DNA from: Chitinivibrionales bacterium
Lineage (GTDB): Bacteria > Fibrobacterota > Chitinivibrionia > Chitinivibrionales > FEN-1185
Direction of reading: 5' to 3'
Length of the DNA stretch: 26,548 nucleotides
Assembly: GCA_028718065.1 (NCBI GenBank)
Contig: JAQUMP010000001.1
Coordinates: forward strand, 1-26,548
The position numbers and the translations under genes are program-made. Position 1 is the stretch's first letter; each line of letters starts with the position of its first letter. The notes below the pieces were generated by a model. The model was given only the letters and a program-made list of their open reading frames with translations. It was not told the DNA's origin and did not search any database. Shown here piece after piece: positions 17,236 through 25,106 of this stretch.

Positions 17236-18132
17236 CTAAAAAGAGGTGGTTTCGTGGAGAAATTTTATCCACTGGCTGAAAAATTCGTTGCGGTGGCTGC
17301 GCCAGCAGTTGACCGGGTTCTCCAAATCGTAATTTTGCGGCGGCGCCACATCGGCGCGACCCAGGTTCTTATCGCGTAAATATTCCTCGCGCAGACGGTG
17401 CTTGCTGTATTCCGGATGGCCCAGATGCATTATAAAACGGCCGTCGGCGCTTTCAAAAATAACATACCCCCCGCCGTGTTCGGAATAGGCCAGAAGGTTC
17501 ATGTTGCCCTTGTCGCGTTCGTGTTCCATTGCCTGGTCGGCAACGCCCGAATGACGGCTCTGGGGGCACCAGAAAACATCATCGAGGTCGCCGGTAATGC
17601 GATGCCCGCGACTAAGGTTTTTAGTCTCGAAGATGCCGAATATTTTCTCGGAATACATTGTTTTTTCGACTCCAAGGAATTTTGCGAGCGCCAGCGCGCC
17701 CCAGCACATGCCGAGCGTGGAAGGAATATTGTTGCGCGCGTACTTGAGAATGCGTTTGATTTCTTCCCAGTAGGAAACCTCTTCGAACGGGATCTCCTCC
17801 ACCGGCGCACCGGTAACGATCAGGCCGTCGATGTGGTCGTTTTTGATGGCGTCCTCAAAGTTGACATAATGCTTATTTAAATGCGCCTGGTCGCTGCTGG
17901 AATAGGTGTGATTTTCGAGCCGGATAAAAACCGGTTCGATCTGCAGGACCGAACGGCTCAGCGGGTACAACAGGTTAAATTCGTAGGTTTCGGCCTTCGG
18001 CATGATATTTAAAATGCCGATGTGCAACGCGCGGATGTCTTCGCGCAGCGCCTGTTCATGATCCATGCACAGCACGCGGTTCTGCTCGAGTGCGGCCTTG
18101 GCATGATAATCTTTTGGAATAACTATGGCCAT
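17236..18132 (-). CDS. metA: Homoserine O-acyltransferase MetA family, probably acetyl-CoA-specific
   Basis: ILNIMP, DGLIVTGAPVE, GMCWGA (catalytic Cys), PQSRH and GHPEY. GAPVE carries Glu at the specificity position (Glu in acetyltransferases, Gly in E. coli succinyltransferase). Confidence 0.92.
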   Translation of the reverse strand: MAIVIPKDYHAKAALEQNRVLCMDHEQALREDIRALHIGILNIMPKAETYEFNLLYPLSRSVLQIEPVFIRLENHTYSSSDQAHLNKHYVNFEDAIKNDHIDGLIVTGAPVEEIPFEEVSYWEEIKRILKYARNNIPSTLGMCWGALALAKFLGVEKTMYSEKIFGIFETKNLSRGHRITGDLDDVFWCPQSRHSGVADQAMEHERDKGNMNLLAYSEHGGGYVIFESADGRFIMHLGHPEYSKHRLREEYLRDKNLGRADVAPPQNYDLENPVNCWRSHRNEFFSQWIKFLHETTSF

Positions 18133-18183
18133 AAATTAAGAGATTCCCTCGCCATTCTTAAAAATATATTCCTCCAATCTCCA

Positions 18184-18280
18184 AGTATTCAGAATTCAGG
18201 AGACAGGATTCAGAAGATATTGGATCTCTGTTTTTTCTTCAAAGCACCGGCAAAGTTCTTTGTTCTGACTTCTGAATTCT
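18184..18280. repeat. Heptamer-periodic inverted repeat between rrf2 and metA
   Basis: Left arm agtattc-agaattc-aggagac-aggattc-agaagat; right arm ttctgac-ttctgaa-ttct. 18184-18201 versus the reverse complement of 18263-18280 gives 15/18 identities. Confidence 0.65.
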
Positions 18281-18314
18281 CGATCCCGGCTTCGGCGTTA
18301 GCGATATTTTATCC

Positions 18315-18749
18315 TTAGATTGAATAATTTTCAAGCGAGGTTTTTTGTTCCATTTCAAGCAGATCGGCAAGCGTAAGGGCGGTTAACACGGCCTTTTGCG
18401 CATTATGCAGTTTTTCCCATACCGTGCGGGCCACACAATTGGAGGCGCGGTCGCACAGGGTGGGATTTTCCACGCACTCAACCGGCGAAATCGACCCTTC
18501 CAGAGCGCCGACGATTTCGTACAGCGTTATGCTCGCAGGAGGCAGGGCCAGTGAAAATCCGCCGGAAGCGCCGCGCACGGTCGTTATCAGCCGCGCCGAT
18601 TTGAGCGCAATTAAAATATTTTCCAGATACCCGTGGGAAATACCCTGGGTTTTGGAAATGTCCTTGCGCTTGCGGGCGCTGCGGCCGTAAACCTTGGCGA
18701 TTTCGACCATCGCCCGCAGGCCGTACCGGCACTTGGTGGAAAGTTTCAT
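18315..18749 (-). CDS. Rrf2-family regulator (CymR/IscR-like) with three Cys
   Basis: MKLSTKCRYGLRAM, YLENIL, VRGASGGF and ECVENPTLCDRASNC. Lies inside the Cys/Met cluster and ends -LENYSI. Confidence 0.92.
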   Translation of the reverse strand: MKLSTKCRYGLRAMVEIAKVYGRSARKRKDISKTQGISHGYLENILIALKSARLITTVRGASGGFSLALPPASITLYEIVGALEGSISPVECVENPTLCDRASNCVARTVWEKLHNAQKAVLTALTLADLLEMEQKTSLENYSI

Positions 18750-18763
18750 GGTCCCCTGCTTGG

Positions 18764-20059
18764 TTAATGCGCTTTTTGTAAACCTTCATCCAGCGCCGCG
18801 ATAAGATCGTCGATATGCTCCAACCCGATCGAAAGACGCACCAGGTCGGGCGTCAGGCCGCCCTGCCGCTGCTGTTCCTCGCTTAATTGCGAATGGGACG
18901 TACTTGACGGATGCAGAATAAGGCTTTCGGCGTCGCCGACGTTTGCAAGGTGCGAAAAGAGGCCGATGGAATCGATTAGTTTTACCGCGGCCGCGTACCC
19001 GCCTTTAACGCCAAAGACTACCATGCCGCCAAATCCGCGCTTAAGGTACTTGCTCGCGACCGGATAGGCGGGATCGGAGGGCAACCCCGGATAACGCACC
19101 CAAGCGACCTGGCGGTGCCCCTTTAAAAATTGGGCGACGGCAAGCGCATTGCTGCAATGACGCTCCATGCGCACCGGCAGGGATTCCACGCCCTGAAGCA
19201 GGATCCAGGCATTGTCCGGTGAAATGCAGGCCCCCAGATTGCGAAGCGGTACGGTACGCAGGCGCAGCGCAAAGGCGATGGGCGCGAGCGGGGCCGGCAG
19301 ATCGGAGGCCCAGCGCAGACCGTGATAGTTATTGTCCGGTTCTGTAAAGAGCGTAAATTTTTTGTCCTGCCAGTTAAAATTTCCGGCATCGGTCACCACG
19401 CCGCCGATCGCGGCGCCATGCCCGCCGATCCATTTTGTAGCGGAATTAATAACGATATTGGCGCCATGCTCGATGGTCCGGAGCAAATAGGGCGTGGTAA
19501 AAGTGGCATCGACGACAAGCGGGAGATTATGCTTGCGCGCGATCGCCGCCACCCCGGCGATATCGGTAAAATCCAGGCTGGGATTGCCGATGGTTTCGAT
19601 AAAAACAAGGCGGGTTTTATCATTGATGGCGCTCTCGTAACTTTTTAAATCGGCGTGATTTACAAAACGGGTTGTAATGTTAAATTGCGGCAAAATTGCC
19701 TCAAACATGGTATAGGTGCCGCCATACAGGTTGCCGGCGGAAACGATTTCGTCCCCGGCCCTGGCGATGGTAATGACGGTGTTGAATATCGCCGCGGTGC
19801 CCGAAGCCTGCGCCACGGAGGCCAGGCCCCCTTCGAGTTGACTGATGCGCTTCTCCAGGACATCGTGGGTGGGGTTCATAAGACGGGTATAAATATTACC
19901 CAGTTCCTTAAGCGCAAAAAGATTGGCGGCATGCTCGGTGTTTTTGAACAGATAGGAGGTCGTGCGATAGACCGGCACCCCGCGGGAAAGCGTGTCCGGC
20001 TCAACCACCTGGCCGCCGTGAACCGCTAAAGTTTCGAAACGGTACTTGTCGTTACTCAT
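18764..20059 (-). CDS. metY: O-acetylhomoserine aminocarboxypropyltransferase / sulfhydrylase
   Basis: [40 protein letters not shown] (PLP Lys), HLANVGD and RLSIGLEH. Start placed at ATG 20059 (MSNDK) to avoid overlapping cysK. Confidence 0.93.
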   Translation of the reverse strand: MSNDKYRFETLAVHGGQVVEPDTLSRGVPVYRTTSYLFKNTEHAANLFALKELGNIYTRLMNPTHDVLEKRISQLEGGLASVAQASGTAAIFNTVITIARAGDEIVSAGNLYGGTYTMFEAILPQFNITTRFVNHADLKSYESAINDKTRLVFIETIGNPSLDFTDIAGVAAIARKHNLPLVVDATFTTPYLLRTIEHGANIVINSATKWIGGHGAAIGGVVTDAGNFNWQDKKFTLFTEPDNNYHGLRWASDLPAPLAPIAFALRLRTVPLRNLGACISPDNAWILLQGVESLPVRMERHCSNALAVAQFLKGHRQVAWVRYPGLPSDPAYPVASKYLKRGFGGMVVFGVKGGYAAAVKLIDSIGLFSHLANVGDAESLILHPSSTSHSQLSEEQQRQGGLTPDLVRLSIGLEHIDDLIAALDEGLQKAH

Positions 20060-20108
20060 GTTTTGCTCGCTTTCATCGTTGATAACGTTTGTAAATGCAA
20101 TACTCTTA

Positions 20109-21044
20109 TTAAGCAAGTGCGGCGTCGTCGAACAACCAGGTGCTTAAATAGCGTTCGCCGGAATCGGGCAACACAACCACGATTAATTTTTCGGCGTTTT
20201 CGGGCCGGTTGGCAACCTGGATCGCCGCCCATAGCGCCGCTCCGGAAGAAATGCCGACTAAAAGACCTTCCTGCCGAGCCGCCGCCCGCGCCAAATTGGC
20301 GGCATCGTCGTCTTTTACCGTAATTATTTCGTCGATAAGGTCGCGCCGTAAAACCCCCGGAATAAAGCCCGCTCCAATGCCCTGAATTTTGTGCGGCCCC
20401 GCCTGTCCGCCCGAAATCACGGGTGAACTGGCAGGTTCAATCGCAATCGTTTTTATCGACGCTTTTTTACTCTTTAATACTTCGCTTACGCCCGTAATCG
20501 TGCCGCCCGTACCAACGCCGGCAATAAAAATATCTACCGTACCATCGGTGTCGTTCCAAATTTGCTCAGCCGTGGTTTTCCGGTGGATTTCCGGATTGCT
20601 CGGATTATTAAATTGTTGGGGGATAAATGCGCCTTTTATTTCTTTGGCCAGGGCATCGGCTTTTTCGACGGCGCCGCGCATTCCCTTTGGCCCCTCGGTT
20701 AAAACCAACTCCGCGCCGAATATTTTAAGCAGCTTGCGGCGTTCCAGACTCATAGTCTCGGGCATTGTTAGGATCAGCCGGTATCCTTTAACGGCACATA
20801 CGTACGCCAGCGCAATCCCGGTATTGCCGCTGGTTGGTTCAATAATAACACTATTTTTATTAATGCGTCCATTTGCCTCCGCTTCCTCAATCATGGCAAG
20901 GCCGATGCGGTCTTTAACACTCGAAAGCGGGTTAAAAAATTCAAGCTTGGCAGCGATGATTGCTTTGCCGCCCTGGTTGAGCTTGTTGATTTTAACCATC
21001 GGCGTTTTTCCGATAAGCTTAGTAATGTCAGAGGCGATTTTCAT
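20109..21044 (-). CDS. cysK: Cysteine synthase A (O-acetylserine sulfhydrylase)
   Basis: [16 protein letters not shown] (PLP Lys), [37 protein letters not shown] and DSGERYLST. Confidence 0.97.
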   Translation of the reverse strand: MKIASDITKLIGKTPMVKINKLNQGGKAIIAAKLEFFNPLSSVKDRIGLAMIEEAEANGRINKNSVIIEPTSGNTGIALAYVCAVKGYRLILTMPETMSLERRKLLKIFGAELVLTEGPKGMRGAVEKADALAKEIKGAFIPQQFNNPSNPEIHRKTTAEQIWNDTDGTVDIFIAGVGTGGTITGVSEVLKSKKASIKTIAIEPASSPVISGGQAGPHKIQGIGAGFIPGVLRRDLIDEIITVKDDDAANLARAAARQEGLLVGISSGAALWAAIQVANRPENAEKLIVVVLPDSGERYLSTWLFDDAALA

Positions 21045-21084
21045 GATGTTCCTCGCTCAGATTAAAGTGATATATTTTAACCCT

Positions 21085-21348
21085 TCAGATTCCGGCGCCT
21101 TCCACAAAGAACAAGGAGAGTTCTTTAAAAACCAGCTCCTCGTCTTTGCCTTCTACCTGAAGTTTAACTTTATCTTCGTGACCTACCTCAAGCATTAACA
21201 ATTCAATAACAGAGCTCCCGCTTGCACATTTATCATCATTGCAGAGAGTTACTTTGGATTCAAATTGCTTTGTGGTATCGGCAATTTTAGCGGCAGCCCG
21301 CAAATGCAACCCGTTTTGATCTTTAATTTTTACGATTCTTTGCTTCAT
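21085..21348 (-). CDS. HPr-family phosphocarrier-like protein with a C-terminal GAGI tail
   Basis: From ATG 21348 (87 aa), NGLHLR places His at residue 15 and GSSVIELLML places Ser at residue 46, matching HPr numbering. EGKDEE is present, and the protein ends FFVEGAGI (codons checked). Confidence 0.9.
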   Translation of the reverse strand: MKQRIVKIKDQNGLHLRAAAKIADTTKQFESKVTLCNDDKCASGSSVIELLMLEVGHEDKVKLQVEGKDEELVFKELSLFFVEGAGI

Positions 21349-21377
21349 AAATATTGTCAACTTTGTTTATTAACAAT

Positions 21378-21406
21378 AATATATTATAATTATTAAAAAC
21401 TGTCAA
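21378..21406 (-). promoter_or_regulatory. Candidate sigma70 promoter for the HPr-cysK cluster
   Basis: Minus strand TTGACA (21406-21401), 17 nt spacer, TATATT (21383-21378), about 30 nt before ATG 21348. The region is very AT-rich, so a chance match is possible. Confidence 0.6.
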
Positions 21407-21461
21407 TAAAATAATTAAAAAAATGCGCTTAAAATCAAACCTTTTTAATAAAATACGAATA

Positions 21462-21484
21462 TGTACATTGGTTTAGTGTACATT
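21462..21484. promoter_or_regulatory. Tandem TGTACATT boxes (candidate regulator site)
   Basis: TGTACATT at 21462-21469 and 21477-21484, each with a palindromic TGTACA core, in the divergent promoter region. Confidence 0.35.
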
Positions 21485-21601
21485 TTTATTCTCTCATTTT
21501 TTCGGAATCCTTTATCCGTTTTATTTTCATAAAAAGGGGCCCCTGGAATATATTATTTTAAGTATATCAATTAAAAAGTCTTTTCGGAATTAAAAGCATA
21601 T

Positions 21602-21907
21602 ATGATTCATATTTTCCCGCGAATAGTACCGTTTTTTTTGCTTTTTCTCTCTGTATCCCTTGTATCCGGCGCATCATCGCCGTTAGATACCTCGCGGACT
21701 TCAATCAACAACTTTGTCGTCGGGGATTCTTCGGCGCAGGCTGGAGGCATTAATAAAAATAAGAGCGGGCTGCCGGCGCAACGCATGGAGAATTTTAAGA
21801 TAATCCGGCGTTCAATTGATTATAAAGAACAAATAACGCTCTCCGTCGCCATGATGGCCCTGATCGCGCTCATTATAACGACGACGCAGGCATGGAACCC
21901 GAATTAA
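21602..21907 (+). CDS. Small hypothetical membrane protein (signal peptide plus C-terminal TM helix)
   Basis: 101 aa; hydrophobic N-terminus and C-terminal QITLSVAMMALIALIITTTQAWNPN. Confidence 0.65.
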   Translation: MIHIFPRIVPFFLLFLSVSLVSGASSPLDTSRTSINNFVVGDSSAQAGGINKNKSGLPAQRMENFKIIRRSIDYKEQITLSVAMMALIALIITTTQAWNPN

Positions 21908-21912
21908 TTCTA

Positions 21913-21941
21913 TTGACTTGGAAACAATTAATGGTTATTTT
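21913..21941 (+). promoter_or_regulatory. Candidate sigma70 promoter for tRNA-Gly
   Basis: TTGACT (21913-21918), 17 nt spacer, TATTTT (21936-21941), 14 nt before the tRNA 5' end. Confidence 0.55.
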
Positions 21942-21955
21942 TTACCCTGCGTTTT

Positions 21956-22030
21956 GCGAGAGTAGCTCAGGGGTAGAGCTCTACCTTGCCAAGGTAGCTG
22001 TCGCGAGTTCAAATCTCGTCTCTCGCTCCA
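21956..22030 (+). tRNA. tRNA-Gly(GCC)
   Basis: GCGAGAG/CTCTCGC acceptor stem, CTACC-TTGCCAA-GGTAG anticodon arm, GTTCAAATC T-loop and encoded CCA. Confidence 0.97.
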
Positions 22031-22065
22031 TTGGGTTTCCTTTTTTAAGGAAACCCAATTTTTTT
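22031..22065 (+). terminator. Intrinsic terminator-like hairpin between the two tRNAs
   Basis: Perfect 12-bp stem TTGGGTTTCCTT/AAGGAAACCCAA, 4-nt loop, then T7. Confidence 0.8.
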
Positions 22066-22100
22066 AATTAATCGGCATTTTCCACGTAATGCTTATTTGG

Positions 22101-22174
<74 letters not shown>

Positions 22175-22205
22175 ATTTTTTCCCTCATAAAAACACCTGC
22201 TTTCT

Positions 22206-24017
22206 TTACAAACGCCCAAACGTCCGGCGCAGCACTTCTTTAAGCGCGCGACGCTTGGCCTCTGCGTCGAGCATGGGAACCGGTACGGCGGCGGGCGTAT
22301 AAATGCTCTTCTTGGCAAGCGCCGGCAGGTTTTGTTGGCGCGCCAATTCCCCGCGAATAAATGCACCCTGCGTCCCTGTGTTTTCGAGCCACCATATCTG
22401 GCTGCCGCGACGAATTAACTGCGTGGTGCAAATTGCCGAGGCATAGGTATAAATGGTCTGGGTGTCGGCAACGCTACTGTCAAGCGCCGAAAACCAGGGC
22501 CGCAGAGCGCCCAACTTGCGCGACCGGATCCGGTCATCGAACTTACCGAACAGATAAGACGCTTTTTGCGCATCGGTCAAGGCAAGCGCCCAGATCAACG
22601 TCCCGTATTTTTGCCCGGCATCAATAAAAAACATAAAGCGGTCGCCCGACCATCCCAGCCCCGAGGAAACAAAGGCGCTGTCAAGTTCTCCGTAAAAGAG
22701 CGCAAAAAGAATAATGGCGCCGGCATTGTCGTCATCCAGAAATACCAGGGCCGAATCGGCGTTTATCAGCCGTTGCTGCAGCGGAGTAAAATCGAAGCCG
22801 TGGACCAACCGATTATCAACGGCAAATATTCCCGCCGTGCTGAGCGGAGCGCCCGTGATGGAAAACTTGCTGTTGACGCCACTCCAGCCGCTACTATGCA
22901 TATAGGTCTGCGCAACATAATAAGGACCCAGGTCGTAGGGCGCCAAGGACTGGACATCGAGATAAACGGGAGTATCCAGGGTCTCTTTATATTTTATAAA
23001 ATTCGACCTGATATTTAAGAACATGTTCCCGATAAGTGTGTAGGGATCGGCGATGGTGGAACTAAGGTAATTCAACAAACATACATATCCTGTAAAACTG
23101 GCGTCACCCTCAACTAAGCTTTTCCAGGCAAAATACCTATCGCTGTTATAATACGAATATACCGGGACATCGGGCGCCCGTGAACGTAAATGCTGATCCT
23201 GCAAAGCGTGCGTCATCTCGTGCGCAACGTAATAGGTTATCGCCGTGTCCGAAAAAGCAAGGTCGGTCAGGAAATAGAGCGAATCCGAACCGGGAACGTA
23301 ATACGCTGCGGGGAAACCAGTATAATGGTCGGTGTAGGTTGTCTGCAGGGCGGTGTCGAATTCGTCGATAAGACCCATTTGCAGGAACTCGGTGTTGAGA
23401 TACCCGGCCTGGTCATTACTCAAGTCATTATGCACCGATGCGGCAATCTGCGCCCCATATTCCGCCCTCGTAATAAACCCCAGTTTAAGCGGGCGCGTAA
23501 AGGTGAGCCCGCGCAATTTTTCGATGCGCGGTCCGATCTGTTGCATTTTGTAAACAAAAGGAATTGCTTCCGGAGAAAAATGGTCCCCGGAATCATCCTG
23601 CACCGCTACGCGGTGTATTGCCAAGATTCCCAGGGCGGCGTTGGTGGGATTAAAAAGCTTGATGACCGCGGTCTCCGTTCCGGTTTTGATGGTGTCGTTT
23701 ATCAAACGCAGCGCAATCGTGGCCGTGGTCTGCCGCTCCATGAATGCCAGGGAATTTTCATTGCTTTCAAAATTACGGCCCTGGCTTCCGGAATCGGGAT
23801 TTATTGAATAATGCACGACGACCACTTCGGCGGAGGCCGACGAAAGCGCTACCCGGACAAGGTGCACCGAATCGGTCTCAACACAACTTGAGTTAGACTC
23901 GACAAACGAAATCGAGACTGCGGTCATGGGGGCTGTTGCTACGTTTGTGCAATCGGCGAAGGCGCAGCAAAGTGCAAATGCGGCGCAAATCCGTATTATT
24001 TGATCGGCCCTACTCAT
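22206..24017 (-). CDS. Exported Calx-beta-like domain plus putative zinc metallopeptidase (HExxH)
   Basis: ATG 24017 overlaps the upstream stop. Hydrophobic/Cys-rich leader; Calx-beta-like VRVALS...VHYS...TATIALRLINDTIKTGTETAVIKLFNPTNAALG...VQDD; then RGLTF, VAHEMTHALQDQH and LVEGDA. Confidence 0.7.
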   Translation of the reverse strand: MSRADQIIRICAAFALCCAFADCTNVATAPMTAVSISFVESNSSCVETDSVHLVRVALSSASAEVVVVHYSINPDSGSQGRNFESNENSLAFMERQTTATIALRLINDTIKTGTETAVIKLFNPTNAALGILAIHRVAVQDDSGDHFSPEAIPFVYKMQQIGPRIEKLRGLTFTRPLKLGFITRAEYGAQIAASVHNDLSNDQAGYLNTEFLQMGLIDEFDTALQTTYTDHYTGFPAAYYVPGSDSLYFLTDLAFSDTAITYYVAHEMTHALQDQHLRSRAPDVPVYSYYNSDRYFAWKSLVEGDASFTGYVCLLNYLSSTIADPYTLIGNMFLNIRSNFIKYKETLDTPVYLDVQSLAPYDLGPYYVAQTYMHSSGWSGVNSKFSITGAPLSTAGIFAVDNRLVHGFDFTPLQQRLINADSALVFLDDDNAGAIILFALFYGELDSAFVSSGLGWSGDRFMFFIDAGQKYGTLIWALALTDAQKASYLFGKFDDRIRSRKLGALRPWFSALDSSVADTQTIYTYASAICTTQLIRRGSQIWWLENTGTQGAFIRGELARQQNLPALAKKSIYTPAAVPVPMLDAEAKRRALKEVLRRTFGRL

Positions 24018-24987
24018 CCTTGAATAAATCTTCGCTGTCGCGGTCTTCCCACAGGCGGGCGGCGCGATCTGCCGATTTGTCAATTGCAATGCAATTGAGT
24101 TTGGGATTATCTCTCATTTCCTTGACGCGGTTGTTGCGGACGTTGCTAAAAACGCTGATATAAGAATTGGCCTTTTTCTGGTCCCCCAGCCGCAGGGCGA
24201 TCGCCACAATGGTATAGAGCACCTGCATTTCGATTTCTTCCGACGGGCAGTTGGAGGTGCGAAAAGCCTCTTCGTAAAATTCCAGCGCCTCTTGCAGCAG
24301 TTTGCGGTTGTCGCCCCCGCCGTCTTTTATAATTTTGGCGATCTTGAGCGCATAGGCGCCCTGCTTGTAAAATGCGTACGGCTGTTCGTACCAGGCCTCG
24401 ACGCTGGCGCGCGCCATGGCAAGGCGGTAGCTTGCTATGGCCGCATCGTCGAAGCGGGGCCGCTTGAAATAATTCTCGAAGTCGGTCACGGATTTCAGGA
24501 TTGCGCGACGTTCGCCGATTTTTTCCTGCAGGGTCATGATGATATTGCTTAAAAGCTGGCTTTTGGCATCTTCGCCGACGCCGGCCTGGGGACGGTTAAA
24601 ATCCCTTTTGTCCGGAGAAGCGAACAAACAACGCGGACAAACGGTGACCCCCAGCAAGGTGTAATCGACGGTTTTAAAGCCGCTGGCGCCGGCATAAAGG
24701 GGCACTAAAAATTTATTCTGGATGATCTGCTGGCTCTTGGCGCGCAGTTCGTAGCAAATAATATCGCCGCGGTTACAGACCGGACACTCGACCTTAATTT
24801 CAAAAATAGGGTCTTCGCCCTTGTCGCCTTCGACTACCCGGGTGCTTTTAAGCTTGTTTTCTTTAACGGACTTGATATTTTTAATATCGATCGTGGGCCC
24901 GAACTGCCGAATATATTCGCCCACCAGATTGACATCGTTCAAAAGCGCCAGCAAACGGCGCTTGACATCCGCTACATCGATGGCCAT
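24010..24987 (-). CDS. DUF2225-like protein (two CPxC zinc knuckles plus a TPR-like helical C-terminus)
   Basis: VECPVCN...VTVCPRCLFAS followed by helical repeats (AIASYRLA, ALEFYEEAF, YTIVAIALRLGD). Confidence 0.7.
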   Translation of the reverse strand: MAIDVADVKRRLLALLNDVNLVGEYIRQFGPTIDIKNIKSVKENKLKSTRVVEGDKGEDPIFEIKVECPVCNRGDIICYELRAKSQQIIQNKFLVPLYAGASGFKTVDYTLLGVTVCPRCLFASPDKRDFNRPQAGVGEDAKSQLLSNIIMTLQEKIGERRAILKSVTDFENYFKRPRFDDAAIASYRLAMARASVEAWYEQPYAFYKQGAYALKIAKIIKDGGGDNRKLLQEALEFYEEAFRTSNCPSEEIEMQVLYTIVAIALRLGDQKKANSYISVFSNVRNNRVKEMRDNPKLNCIAIDKSADRAARLWEDRDSEDLFKDE

Positions 24988-25035
24988 GAGCCGACTCCCC
25001 GCATTTTTTTATGCCCGCCTATCCGAACACCCATA

Positions 25036-25065
25036 ATTATGTACCCATATTAGCGGATAAGTCAA
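25036..25065 (-). promoter_or_regulatory. Candidate sigma70 promoter for the DUF2225-peptidase pair
   Basis: Minus strand TTGACT (25065-25060), 18 nt spacer, CATAAT (25041-25036), about 50 nt before ATG 24987. Confidence 0.45.
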
Positions 25066-25106
25066 GAGCGCCGTTGCGGCCGCGAAAAACGAACGGGGCG
25101 TTGTTT

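Noticed and set aside
18022-18318. 98-aa plus-strand ORF spanning the rrf2-metA gap
   Set aside because: It overlaps metA antisense and reads through the heptamer repeat; no motif or RBS support.
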